Of a DNA stretch of 64,000 nucleotides, positions 38,460-48,033 are shown piece after piece. The position numbers and the translations under genes are program-made. A model generated the notes under the pieces. The model saw only the letters and a list, made by a program, of their open reading frames with translations. It searched no databases and was not told the DNA's origin. The DNA is from a virus: the IMG/VR virus record IMGVR_UViG_3300021431_000125; one strand, 5' to 3'. Within the stretch, counting starts at the first letter, position 1; each line of letters starts with the position of its first letter.

Positions 38460-38855
38460 ATGAACAAAAATATCAGGACTTTAAACGAAGCGCAACTGTG
38501 CGACTTGGTAACCAATATCACCAAACAATGCCTTATGGAATCAATGGGTCTCGACCCAGAAAGCGGCGAAGACGAATATGGAATGGAGCAGGATTATTTT
38601 AATTCACCTGGCAATGTTGCTGACAGTTACGGTTCAGATGTACCAGACGAGGAATTCTATGACGATTTCTTTGACAACCCAGCTGAAGAGGCTTTCGGTG
38701 ATGACACCGACAGTGAACTTGATTCATATGACGACGGTGGATACGACACATTGCTTGAAAACAAGGAAAAGGAAGACTTTGCTGAAAAACAGGAAAAACT
38801 TTTCACTTTTATCACTGAAAATTGGGATAACCACGCCAATAACCTTATTAAATAA
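38460..38855 (+). CDS. plus-strand island protein 2: highly acidic Asp/Glu/aromatic-rich protein (possible DNA mimic)
   Basis: 131 aa, DEEFYDDFFDNPAEEAFGDDTDSELDSYDDGGYD; N-terminal IRTLNEAQL motif shared with neighbours. Confidence 0.6.
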   Translation: MNKNIRTLNEAQLCDLVTNITKQCLMESMGLDPESGEDEYGMEQDYFNSPGNVADSYGSDVPDEEFYDDFFDNPAEEAFGDDTDSELDSYDDGGYDTLLENKEKEDFAEKQEKLFTFITENWDNHANNLIK

Positions 38856-38870
38856 AAAACGTTATCGAAA

Positions 38871-39137
38871 ATGAAAAAAGTAATAAAACTGACTGAGGCA
38901 AACCTCAAGAACATGATTAGAGAGGCTGTCGTTGAAGCGGTCAACGGCGGTTGGGAAGTCGACGACAACGAAGCTAGGAAGGCTTATGAATTTGCAGCCG
39001 ACACCCTGGGTAAAGAAACAATTGACAGTGCTATAATAAGAGCAATGTCAGACAATACGCTTGCCGAGATACTGGCATATGTTTTCCGTATGTATGATTT
39101 CAGAGAATGGGATGAATACAAACAAAACAGTTATTAA
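38871..39137 (+). CDS. plus-strand island protein 3 (88 aa)
   Basis: N-terminal IKLTEANLKNMI motif shared with proteins 1 and 2; followed by terminator. Confidence 0.55.
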   Translation: MKKVIKLTEANLKNMIREAVVEAVNGGWEVDDNEARKAYEFAADTLGKETIDSAIIRAMSDNTLAEILAYVFRMYDFREWDEYKQNSY

Positions 39138-39167
39138 AACAATAAACTTAAAACAACATAAACAGGT

Positions 39168-39201
39168 TAAGCGGACAATATGAAAATATGCCCGCTTTTT
39201 T
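39168..39201 (+). terminator. factor-independent terminator of plus-strand island (between convergent genes)
   Basis: AAGCGG...CCGCTT stem with internal ATAT/ATAT pairing then TTTTTT (39196-39201). Confidence 0.55.
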
Positions 39202-39673
39202 AAAATGTGTATGTAGTTAAAGTATCACATTATCACCACACGTTTTTGTTTGGTTTCATTTTTTGTCTTTTCTGGAATTTTGACAAGTGCTCCGATTCTG
39301 AAATGAATGTCATCAATTAAGAAAATCTCGTGTTTAATGAGGTTTTCATATCCGTAATCACTGATTATCTCATTGAGGAACATGGATACCTCATTATCCG
39401 CATCAAGAGTTCCGAAATTTCGCAGTAAAGCACTTGTTTTGTATTTCACTATTACTTTTTCCATGATGGCAGTTAACAGTTTATCTTGATTGCACAGTTT
39501 TGTTCTACCAGTTCAATGAGTTCATCCATGGTCACATCCATTTCTTCGAATACTGGGGAGTAGTCGCCCCTGGTTGTTATGTCATCAAACCTTTGGCTGG
39601 CTTTTCTGTCGTTTTCGAACATCAGCTTGTCAAACCAGTAGTTTTTTGAAACCTTTACTTTCATGCTGGCAGA

Positions 39674-40465
39674 TTACTTGATATTGATAAACGGTATTGA
39701 ATTTCCCATCATGTAGGTAGGTAAAGTACCGTTCCATTTCTGCACAGCCTCATATTCCACAAGTTTCGGGTTGTTGGCAAGGGAGTTGGCTTTGATTCGC
39801 ATGGCTTCAGCTTCAGCTTCGGCTGCAATCTTTGTCTGTTTTGCCTTTTCCTCAACCTGGATAGTGACATTCTTGGCTTTCAATGCAGCCTGTTCAGCGA
39901 CCTGTTTTTCCTTAATGGCTGTTTCAAAAGCATCGTCAAAATCGATATCAACAAGCTGGAACTGAATGTTGGTGAAATATCTATTGTCCAGTGTCTGTCT
40001 CAACACCTCTTCAATATTCCTGCGTACAGCGTCGCGGTTTTCCACAATCTGGGTTGCGGCGAAATTGCCAAAAGCCTCTTTCATTGCCGAGCGGATATAA
40101 GGCACAACGATACGGTTATGGTAATCATCGCCGACGTTTTTCATGAGCTGGCTGACATTTTCCCGAACCAGGTCGTAGTTGATGGTATAGTCAACGACAG
40201 AGGTCTGCACGTCACGGGTGTATGAGTTTTCCTGACCGTCGAATTTTTTCTGCTGGATGTTGACTTTCTTCACCTTCTGCACAAAAGGCAGTTTCATGTG
40301 GAGACCGTCGTTGATTACACTGTCGCTCATTTTGCCGAATGTGCTGAGCACACCTCTTTCAGTGGATTTGACTGTGTAGAAAGTTGAGGACAACACCACA
40401 AGTGCAAACAGTCCAAGCACACACCATAGAATAAGTTTCGTTCTGTTCATTTCGTTCTGTTTCAT
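39674..40465 (-). CDS. SPFH / band-7 (prohibitin/stomatin-like) membrane protein
   Basis: N-terminal TM, then STERGVLSTFGK...SPFH core and C-terminal Ala/Glu-rich coiled coil (AEQAALKAK...AAEAEAEAMRIKA). Confidence 0.8.
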   Translation of the reverse strand: MKQNEMNRTKLILWCVLGLFALVVLSSTFYTVKSTERGVLSTFGKMSDSVINDGLHMKLPFVQKVKKVNIQQKKFDGQENSYTRDVQTSVVDYTINYDLVRENVSQLMKNVGDDYHNRIVVPYIRSAMKEAFGNFAATQIVENRDAVRRNIEEVLRQTLDNRYFTNIQFQLVDIDFDDAFETAIKEKQVAEQAALKAKNVTIQVEEKAKQTKIAAEAEAEAMRIKANSLANNPKLVEYEAVQKWNGTLPTYMMGNSIPFINIK

Positions 40466-40492
40466 TTTTATTTTAATTTATTTAATTATTAA

Positions 40493-40957
40493 TTAGTTAA
40501 TTTCATATTTCTGATTGACATTTTCGCTAAGTGTCTCGAATATCTGGTTTATTGTACTAATCTCCTTTGCTGAATATTGTATTGTGCGTTCGAGTTCGGT
40601 TTTTCGCGTCCTGAGCAATCTTGATATTTTTTCAATACGCTCGTTTTTGTATTGCTGCTCGTTCAACCAAGGAGTCACCCAAAAATAGATTGTTCCGTAT
40701 GATTTATATGAGTACACCTGCATTTCAAGTTTACCGTCGTCATATTTGTATATTGCAGCGTTTTCCAACTCATAGTTGTCTTTGGTTATTTTTTCCGTAC
40801 TGAGATAGTGCTCAAGTTCATTGGCAATGTACTGTGCGGAATTAATCACATCTAGATTCATGGTTTTAAGCAAGTCACAATTCCAATCAATGGATTTGTT
40901 GTATGCTTCAACAAATTGTTCTATATCCTCTTGTTTATTGGGATTTTTGTCTTCCAT
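40493..40957 (-). CDS. hypothetical protein
   Basis: ORF track. Confidence 0.5.
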   Translation of the reverse strand: MEDKNPNKQEDIEQFVEAYNKSIDWNCDLLKTMNLDVINSAQYIANELEHYLSTEKITKDNYELENAAIYKYDDGKLEMQVYSYKSYGTIYFWVTPWLNEQQYKNERIEKISRLLRTRKTELERTIQYSAKEISTINQIFETLSENVNQKYEIN

Positions 40958-41212
40958 ATCTTATAAAATTGTTTGGGTTATGTTTTTGGATTCTTCTTCT
41001 GTCAGGAACACGAGGTCGTCACAAAGTATCGTTTCGTGGTTTCTCAAATAGACACAAACAACATCGTCGAAATAACAAGGGTTGCCAACGTGGTCTATGT
41101 CATTACAGTCAATAACTGCTATCACTTCACCAAAGTTATATAGTTTTACTTTCATTTCAATTTAGTTTTAATAACTGAATGAATGTTAGGGATTTCATCT
41201 ATGTATTTTAGA

Positions 41213-41407
41213 TTAATATAATCTACTGATGCCTTCCCATCCCTCAACATCAAACGACTTTCCGCATGCCGCACAGGTGACGTAAGGAGATTTGGTACCG
41301 CTGATATCTGTGTATCATCTAATGTCACCCTTTTCCAATTCAAGTCTTGATTTGCAGCATGGGCAAATTCCAGTTACAGTTATTTCATGGCGTTCAAGAA
41401 TCTTCAT
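41213..41407 (-). pseudogene. zinc-ribbon protein ORF interrupted by in-frame TGA (41315-41317); pseudogene or stop-codon readthrough
   Basis: MKILERHEITVTGICPCCKSRLELEKGDIR-TGA-YTDISGTKSPYVTCAACGKSFDVEGWEGISRLY in one frame gives paired CxxC...CxxC; track ORF 41152-41343 is an overlapping frame. Confidence 0.35.
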
Positions 41408-41434
41408 ATATAACATTTTTGGATTTAACAAACA

Positions 41435-41461
41435 TATAACCGAAAACAGCGAATTTTTTCC
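41435..41461 (-). promoter_or_regulatory. class-I promoter-like element
   Basis: TATAACC-N12-TTTTTTCC; 28 nt to ATG 41407. Confidence 0.6.
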
Positions 41462-41479
41462 GTAAAATTTCACAATTAT

Positions 41480-41668
41480 TCAGTCAACCCATAGCCAATC
41501 CAGGAATTTCAGCCACATGGACAGTAAAAAAGGCATTGTATATCCAAACAGGATATATTCAAACCCCCAGAGGAAAGGTATTTCAACTATTGTTATAAGC
41601 GGTAACAATATTACTCCAACAATGAATCCCGTTAGCAGTTTAATGACATTAATCAGTCTGTTTTTCAT
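41480..41668 (-). CDS. small multi-TM membrane protein
   Basis: FIVGVILLPLITIVEIPFLWGFEYILFGYTMPFLLSMW. Confidence 0.4.
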   Translation of the reverse strand: MKNRLINVIKLLTGFIVGVILLPLITIVEIPFLWGFEYILFGYTMPFLLSMWLKFLDWLWVD

Positions 41669-41872
41669 TTTAAATTTCAAACAAGTTTTCAATTGCAACA
41701 CAGCCAACGACCTTGTCAACAAAACAGCATTCAGTGCCGCACATAGTGTAAGGCTCGCTTGTGATAGTAACTTCAATCGGTTCGCATCCAGGTTTCCCCT
41801 TTCCGTCTAGATATGATGCATACAAGACTATCTTACCTACCTTGATATTTTCTTTTCTAATCATTTGTTGTA

Positions 41873-42439
41873 TTATTTAAATTCCTCGATTTTGATTCTA
41901 TGTGAACACCAGTAGGTCTCATCACCACCCTCATATCCTTCCTTGATAATTTCCTCGGTGGCGAGGTTACGAACCAGGACATTTATAACGGCAATACCTT
42001 CTTTTTTGTATAAGGTCAAGTCAATACCCTTGGCAAAATTAACACAGTCGCCGTTTTTGATATCACGTGAAATTACGGAATTCTTCAGCCAGGAACTATG
42101 ATGCTGTTTGACCCACTCATACACACATTCAGCCCTTTCTGACATTACGGTGCCGACCGTATGCAATATCGCGTGGTAAGTTTCAACAAAGCCGCTTATA
42201 ATGTTAGTGAACGTGTTGTACTGGCCAAGGGCACTTGCATCTTTTTTATCGTAATCATAATGCACATATCCGTGACCGTTGTTCAGACTATACGGTATGT
42301 CAGCGCAACTGTGTGTCGGGTCACACACAAGCTTGCCTACCAACTCAAGGTTTTCGTTGGCATATACTATGACTTCGTATCCGTCCTTGCACACAAGTCT
42401 GTCGCCAATATTTATTTCAATTCCGTTGTCGTCTTTCAT
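41873..42439 (-). CDS. hypothetical protein
   Basis: ORF track; class-I promoter 29 nt upstream. Confidence 0.5.
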   Translation of the reverse strand: MKDDNGIEINIGDRLVCKDGYEVIVYANENLELVGKLVCDPTHSCADIPYSLNNGHGYVHYDYDKKDASALGQYNTFTNIISGFVETYHAILHTVGTVMSERAECVYEWVKQHHSSWLKNSVISRDIKNGDCVNFAKGIDLTLYKKEGIAVINVLVRNLATEEIIKEGYEGGDETYWCSHRIKIEEFK

Positions 42440-42467
42440 TGTTCTTTATTTTTTTAGTTTTACATCA

Positions 42468-42494
42468 ATATAACCGTTTTCACTCCGTTTTTTC
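42468..42494 (-). promoter_or_regulatory. class-I promoter-like element
   Basis: TATAACC-N12-TTTTTTCC; 29 nt to ATG 42439; flanking 24 bp identical to copy at 63477. Confidence 0.6.
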
Positions 42495-42712
42495 CGTAAA
42501 ACATTCTAATTTGTTTTGTTTGACGTATTCCCAGGAAATTTCTTCCTCAGTGTCTTTATTTACACTGAAAGCTGTCACATCCTGGTAAGATTGACCAGCC
42601 ATTTCACGGGCAATTCTCTTACATTCACCCAAGTCATCAAAAAGTCCAACTAACCAAGGTTTACCTTGGAAGTCAGTACCGTCTTTGTGCCTGTATGCAA
42701 TACTGTACATTG

Positions 42713-43135
42713 TCATTTCGTTTTTTTGGTGCGATGCTTTACTGCAGTTTCAGACCATGTTTCAGCAATGTTTTCAGCTAGTGATATCCAGTCGAATTTG
42801 CCGTCATACATGGATGTAGCCATACCAGCCCCTCTATCACAACTGTACCCGTTATAGGAGAGATAGTCTACCAGTAAGGTATTCTCGTATTTGTTTTTCA
42901 CTATAAGAGCTAACATAACGTATTCCTTTCCATCTTTTTTGTACGAAGGGCGCAAAATACGTTTTACCTTAGACGGTATTTTGGTGTACATGAATTTCTC
43001 TTTGTCACATTCCAATTTTTCGTATAGTTCTTTGTCAGATATCATACCGCGGCATATAAGGGTAATCAATTGTTTTGCTTCCTTCAGTTTCGGATTGCAA
43101 GTAAATGGCATTGGGTTCTTCAAAAGGTATTTCAC
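42713..43135 (-). CDS. hypothetical protein
   Basis: ORF track. Confidence 0.5.
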   Translation of the reverse strand: MKYLLKNPMPFTCNPKLKEAKQLITLICRGMISDKELYEKLECDKEKFMYTKIPSKVKRILRPSYKKDGKEYVMLALIVKNKYENTLLVDYLSYNGYSCDRGAGMATSMYDGKFDWISLAENIAETWSETAVKHRTKKTK

Positions 43136-43547
43136 AAATAACCTTGCCGCCTAATGTAAGGGCTATTGTGCGTTTTTCAGTCTGTCTGTTATAATGCCAG
43201 GCAATTCTCAGGTTGTTCTCAATGTATTGTTTAATCAAATCTTCATTCATAACATATTAATTCGTTTTACATCTAAACATGGGGTCGACCTCAACATATT
43301 CCAGGTAGTTGTTCATTACGTCACTATAAGTCGGCAAATCAATAACCATATTCTTCCCGATACTTGCTATAACATGTTTTGCAAACCAATCCCAGGTGTC
43401 AGCTACAGCCTGATGGTACCCTTCCTCATAACCTTTCGTGTAACCAGTCCTCGCTGATACAGCCTCGTCGGAAGTCCCCTTGTAGGCTTTTCTTGCGCCA
43501 TCTGTAATTAAAATTTTTCTGTGTGTCATATCTCATTAATTTCCTCT

Positions 43548-43964
43548 CTATTTTATATTGTACATACCTTCTGGCGCTTCAAGGGCAAGACCCTTTCCAA
43601 CCAGTCCACGGTAGTCGAAATGGTGTGCGTTAAGCCAATCGTTTCCATGATATCTTCCATCAAGTGCAGATACATCCGTATCTTTATCACACTCTGAAAG
43701 ATATTCAACTCTTTCTTCCTCAGTCATACTCGACATCGGACGGAGATATGGTTTGACATTCTCCAGTGTGAAACCATCATTGATATCGTCTTCAACCATG
43801 TTCATGATTGGCACAGGGCCATAATCACCAAGCATCGCTTCGATGTTTGCGGATGTTAATAGCATATCTTCCTCATGACCCATGAACGAAGTGTGTACCA
43901 TGACACCATAAGGTAGTCTGGCACAGAGGTCAGTCAATAACAGTTGTTCATCATTTGTTTCCAT
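43548..43964 (-). CDS. paralog family B member (C-terminal DWLNAHHFDYRGL..GLALEAPEGMY domain)
   Basis: shares N- and C-terminal blocks with 50333-50728; C-terminal block also in 63775-63990. Confidence 0.55.
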   Translation of the reverse strand: METNDEQLLLTDLCARLPYGVMVHTSFMGHEEDMLLTSANIEAMLGDYGPVPIMNMVEDDINDGFTLENVKPYLRPMSSMTEEERVEYLSECDKDTDVSALDGRYHGNDWLNAHHFDYRGLVGKGLALEAPEGMYNIK

Positions 43965-44188
43965 TTAGTTATTCCTTTATGTTCATTATTACAGTTTTAT
44001 TTTCTTAGGCTTGCTGTTATCAGGCTTGCTGTTATCAGGCTTTTCCATGTATACCCAAATTTCATCTCTTTTATCCACGTTAACCATTGATACGATTCTC
44101 CAACCTTTATCAATTAATTTAGTGATTTCCACTTTTGTAATTGCGTACTGAAAAGTATCGGTAGTGCTTGATATTTTAATACATTTGT

Positions 44189-44494
44189 TCACTTCCATAG
44201 TTTAAGCCTATTATCAATCCAATTTTGTAATGACCCGTTTTCCTTGTCACCTTGTTTCCTGTTCCAATAGTCTGGACAATAACAATCACCAGCAACGGTT
44301 TGGTATGGATGTTCATCTCCATTATGAGCCCAGCAGTTTCCTTCGCCAAGTTTTTCAACGACACCTTTCGGTGTTACAATCCAGCTTCTGTTTTTAGTTG
44401 CCTGATACCACCAACAGTTTATGCAATATCCATGGTTCATAATGCGATTTTTTTTCATTGGAGAGATTGTTACACAAATATTCCAGACTCTCAA
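44189..44494 (-). CDS. Cys/Trp-rich hypothetical protein
   Basis: ORF track. Confidence 0.4.
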   Translation of the reverse strand: MRVWNICVTISPMKKNRIMNHGYCINCWWYQATKNRSWIVTPKGVVEKLGEGNCWAHNGDEHPYQTVAGDCYCPDYWNRKQGDKENGSLQNWIDNRLKLWK

Positions 44495-44808
44495 TCAAAA
44501 TTTACCGACCAATCACTGACATCGAAATTCGGTTTCCAGTTGTCATTATTCCCACAATCTTTTTTTATGCCACAAGGAATTTGTTCCACTATGTTTTTAA
44601 GCCAGGCGATAATATCTTCCTTGTTGTCATATGGCACAAACGCCTCAAGATAATCAATCGCAATATTCAACATTTTCGTGTTGTTAACCTCGTTCAATTC
44701 TGGATGTTTATAATTGATAAAATTCACCAGTTGTTTGTTGTCTGGGTTTTGCTCTTTTATTGTTTTGAGTGTTACAAGAGCGTCTTCATATTTTGTTTTA
44801 TAGTCCAT
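44491..44808 (-). CDS. hypothetical protein, N-terminus related to family C (MDYKTKYEDAL)
   Basis: ORF track. Confidence 0.45.
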   Translation of the reverse strand: MDYKTKYEDALVTLKTIKEQNPDNKQLVNFINYKHPELNEVNNTKMLNIAIDYLEAFVPYDNKEDIIAWLKNIVEQIPCGIKKDCGNNDNWKPNFDVSDWSVNFD

Positions 44809-44829
44809 GTTATTTAATTCTGAATTAAA

Positions 44830-45177
44830 TTACCAACAGATACTGTATTGGTAAGGGTGCACACTTAGGCAGTTTATACTATCGCCGTAAATCGGGTAAT
44901 ATCCACCGCAAGCCGTTCTTGATGTTTTCGAATCCTTGTAGTCAATTAGATAGATTATCATACCCATCATCAGTTCCTCCGTTCTTTCGTCAATGAAAAC
45001 CCTTATCCTGTCTGGACGTAAGGTTTCTTTGTCATACAGTTCGGTATAGCCTGGGTGTGATTTTTCAGCCTCTTTCAGAATAAGCTCGGTGTCAAATATT
45101 GTGGCAGCTTCACAACTATATGTCTTGCCCATATATTCAAAGCAACCATTCTCGATTTTTATTTCCTCTTGTTTCAT
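44830..45177 (-). CDS. hypothetical protein
   Basis: ORF track; class-I promoter 30 nt upstream. Confidence 0.5.
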   Translation of the reverse strand: MKQEEIKIENGCFEYMGKTYSCEAATIFDTELILKEAEKSHPGYTELYDKETLRPDRIRVFIDERTEELMMGMIIYLIDYKDSKTSRTACGGYYPIYGDSINCLSVHPYQYSICW

Positions 45178-45206
45178 AATTTAATTTTTTTTCATTAATT
45201 CATACA

Positions 45207-45233
45207 TATAACCGAAAACAACGGTTTTTTTCC
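45207..45233 (-). promoter_or_regulatory. class-I promoter-like element
   Basis: TATAACC-N12-TTTTTTCC; 30 nt to ATG 45177. Confidence 0.6.
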
Positions 45234-45703
45234 GTAAAACCGTTTATATTATATGCTCCAAATACTGCCACCAGGGTATTTTTTCCTGAAATCTTCAGTT
45301 GTTTTGCATTCGTCGACCACTTCACCGATGCAATTCACCACTTCGTGAGTGTCAGGTACATATGTATATTCAGGGGGTATTGAATCAAAACCGAATAGGT
45401 ATTCCTCGAATTCGTCTGAGAAAAGTTCATTTAATGTCTCTGGTATCAAAATCATGTTTAAATCAAGTTTTTAAGACAATATAGTATTGTTGATTCACAA
45501 GCTTGTCCAAATGGTGTCATATCTATCAATCATCTAATAAAAAATGAATCATAACCGTGATAGGCCAGAAAGCTATACATACCCCATCAACAAATGAATC
45601 TAAAAAATCATCATTGTCATACAATATCCCCAACTTATCACAAATCATTATTCCTAACAATGCATATACAATGAATGACAAACCAATCAATACTATCATA
45701 GTC

Positions 45704-46045
45704 TTATTTTTCTTTGGAGAACAATTTACTGTAATGCCAGGGTACATACACAGGTTTCTTGCCTTCAATATGGCAATACCACAAAGTATCAAAGCGATGT
45801 TTGTTTCCACACCAGACAACATACTTGTTTTTCATCCAGTTGCTTAGCACTTTTATCACTTTAAGCTCATGAATCTCCCCGCATTTACTGCAGCCTATTG
45901 TTATGGTGTCTGGACAAAATTCCAGATTGTCTTTAATTCGCATAACAAGTGTGAATACGCCGACAACAATCAAACCAATAGCAACGCCAATAATTTCAAC
46001 CAGGGCAAGAATACCAATCATTTTAAATACAAAATTTATTGTCAT
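45704..46045 (-). CDS. membrane protein with C-terminal Cys cluster
   Basis: 2 TM then CPDTITIGCSKCGE...WCGNKH. Confidence 0.4.
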   Translation of the reverse strand: MTINFVFKMIGILALVEIIGVAIGLIVVGVFTLVMRIKDNLEFCPDTITIGCSKCGEIHELKVIKVLSNWMKNKYVVWCGNKHRFDTLWYCHIEGKKPVYVPWHYSKLFSKEK

Positions 46046-46109
46046 GCCAATTTTGTTTTATTTTAAACACCCGTTTTCCAAACCCAGTTCGCACAGACGA
46101 CGGCTTTGT

Positions 46110-46415
46110 TTAATTGTTGTGTAATAGTTTTTCATATTCACTAATTAAATACTTATACCTATGTGAATCCATACATTTTCTGTGCTCTTCATATGTCGGA
46201 GCCACTTTAAACATGTAGTCTGGATAGAGAAAAGAAAACCCAAAGTCCATGCGGAAACCGAATTCCCTTTCTGCTTCATCTTCGATAATGTGCTTTTGGT
46301 TTATTAACCAATCCATTGCTTCTGGCTGTGCCACCCCATCGTATTGTATTTTACGGTTATACTCATAGACAGCCTTACTTATTTGTTCTTTTATAAAACG
46401 TTTATCTTTTTCCAT
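46110..46415 (-). CDS. hypothetical protein
   Basis: ORF track. Confidence 0.45.
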   Translation of the reverse strand: MEKDKRFIKEQISKAVYEYNRKIQYDGVAQPEAMDWLINQKHIIEDEAEREFGFRMDFGFSFLYPDYMFKVAPTYEEHRKCMDSHRYKYLISEYEKLLHNN

Positions 46416-46416
46416 A

Positions 46417-46728
46417 TCAGTAACATCCGTTTGATATTACAAATTCTTTATTACACTCAGGACAGCAATGTATTTCTTCCCAGTCGTGATATGTTCCGTC
46501 CATTGTCCCGCCAAGCGTTTCGTTACAGTATATTGGGTAGTGTTTGTCGTTAACATCATATCCGTCATCACAAGCAATCAACCCAATCGGGACTTTATGG
46601 TTGCAGTATGGGCAGACATAATCAAAGTTGTTGTCATGGCGGGCATATTTCAGTCTTTTCGTATCAACATTCGGAAAATGGAACTTTTCGTCTGGGCTAT
46701 AGTATTTGATACCGTTTTTTTCGTACAT
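46417..46728 (-). CDS. Cys-rich zinc-binding hypothetical protein
   Basis: CPYCNHK...CCPECNKE. Confidence 0.45.
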   Translation of the reverse strand: MYEKNGIKYYSPDEKFHFPNVDTKRLKYARHDNNFDYVCPYCNHKVPIGLIACDDGYDVNDKHYPIYCNETLGGTMDGTYHDWEEIHCCPECNKEFVISNGCY

Positions 46729-46757
46729 AATATTTGTGTTATATAGATTTGCTCAGT

Positions 46758-47165
46758 TCAAGATTTGTCGGACAATAAAGTGTGCACCACACAAGGTTTG
46801 CCGTTTTCCGAAACACGTCTCACTTCAGCAACCCTGGTGTATATTGGCTTGCTTTCGTTTTCAAATACATCGTAAACTATAACCGACATGATGATAATCG
46901 CATTCTGGTTCTTATTCGACAACTCGCAAATCCCATATAAATCAGTAGGGGCTTGTATTGTGCCGTCGGGCATGACAACATCCTTGGCAGTCATTATACG
47001 GTCAACACAATATATCGCCGACTGCACATGATTGAAAAACAAAGCGTCTTTCAAACGTCCTGAAGTGTAATATGAACCAGAATCGACACACAAAACATCC
47101 TGTTTGTCAAATTCCTGACCATTTAAACTTACAACAGCGACACTGATAAAAATCTGTTTTTCCAT
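46758..47165 (-). CDS. hypothetical protein
   Basis: ORF track; class-I promoter 28 nt upstream. Confidence 0.5.
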   Translation of the reverse strand: MEKQIFISVAVVSLNGQEFDKQDVLCVDSGSYYTSGRLKDALFFNHVQSAIYCVDRIMTAKDVVMPDGTIQAPTDLYGICELSNKNQNAIIIMSVIVYDVFENESKPIYTRVAEVRRVSENGKPCVVHTLLSDKS

Positions 47166-47192
47166 TTCAATGTTTTTTAAATTTTACATATC

Positions 47193-47219
47193 GATAACCG
47201 AAAACAGCCTGTTTTTTCC
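47193..47219 (-). promoter_or_regulatory. class-I promoter-like element (GATAACC variant)
   Basis: GATAACC-N12-TTTTTTCC; 28 nt to ATG 47165. Confidence 0.55.
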
Positions 47220-47384
47220 GTAAATAAACAATTATTGCCGTTTAAAGTATTTTTTTGCCAACTCCAAAACATCATCAGCGATGGCATCCGCAATATCAAA
47301 AATACGGTTAAGCGGCAGTTCTTCTGTCGTTGTTGTTTTAAACAACAGTGTGGCTAAATGCCTTTTGAAGTCTTCCTTTTCCAT

Positions 47385-47885
47385 CTATACAAGGTCGTCA
47401 AAATGTTTCAAACAATATTTCAATGCCTTTTCAGTCGCTTCCTCGTATTTCTTGAATACAAGAAGCACATCGAACGGTGTGTTGCCGTCCATCCCAGTGC
47501 CGTCAATTTCGACAATCCACCCGTCTTCACCACTGTCTTCGAAATAATACGGGACAATGCCGATACGTATGTGATGTACGTCCCTAAGCCATTTGAGAGC
47601 CATTTGGTGGGTAGGCTTAGGGTATGACACTTGATAGTTGGCATTGCTATACGGGTTATCATTTGCCACATCATAACAATGTTCACAGTGCCAATTAAAA
47701 CCTTTCTCTTTCAATAGTACCGCTACTTCAAAGCTTACATAGTCTTCTGGTATGTATATTTCTTCCATTATGTCAAATATTTTAACCTTCCTTTGCGTGA
47801 ACCGCGATATTGATAAGTTGTTTGTTGTAAAATTTCTCTCCGCGATGTGCCAATATTTCCAGTAATTCTTTTGGAAAATACTCAT
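47385..47885 (-). CDS. paralog family A member (true start probably Met at 47765)
   Basis: YVSFEVAVLLKEKGFN...QMALKWLRDVHHI...EEATEKALKYCLKHF. Confidence 0.55.
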   Translation of the reverse strand: MSIFQKNYWKYWHIAERNFTTNNLSISRFTQRKVKIFDIMEEIYIPEDYVSFEVAVLLKEKGFNWHCEHCYDVANDNPYSNANYQVSYPKPTHQMALKWLRDVHHIRIGIVPYYFEDSGEDGWIVEIDGTGMDGNTPFDVLLVFKKYEEATEKALKYCLKHFDDLV

Positions 47886-48033
47886 CAGGAACCTCTACCC
47901 AATAATCTTCAAAGGAGCATTGGGCACCCATGTAGTATTCTTCAGCACACGGTATATCTTGGATATGGAAACTTAATTTCATGTTATTTTCTGTTAATAT
48001 ATGCTAAAATGCCATCCATAAGAATTGTTTCAC

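Noticed and set aside
41152-41343. Track ORF of 63 aa as an independent gene
   Set aside because: It is an alternative frame across the interrupted zinc-ribbon ORF (41213-41407), whose in-frame translation gives paired CxxC motifs. The 63-aa product has no such features.
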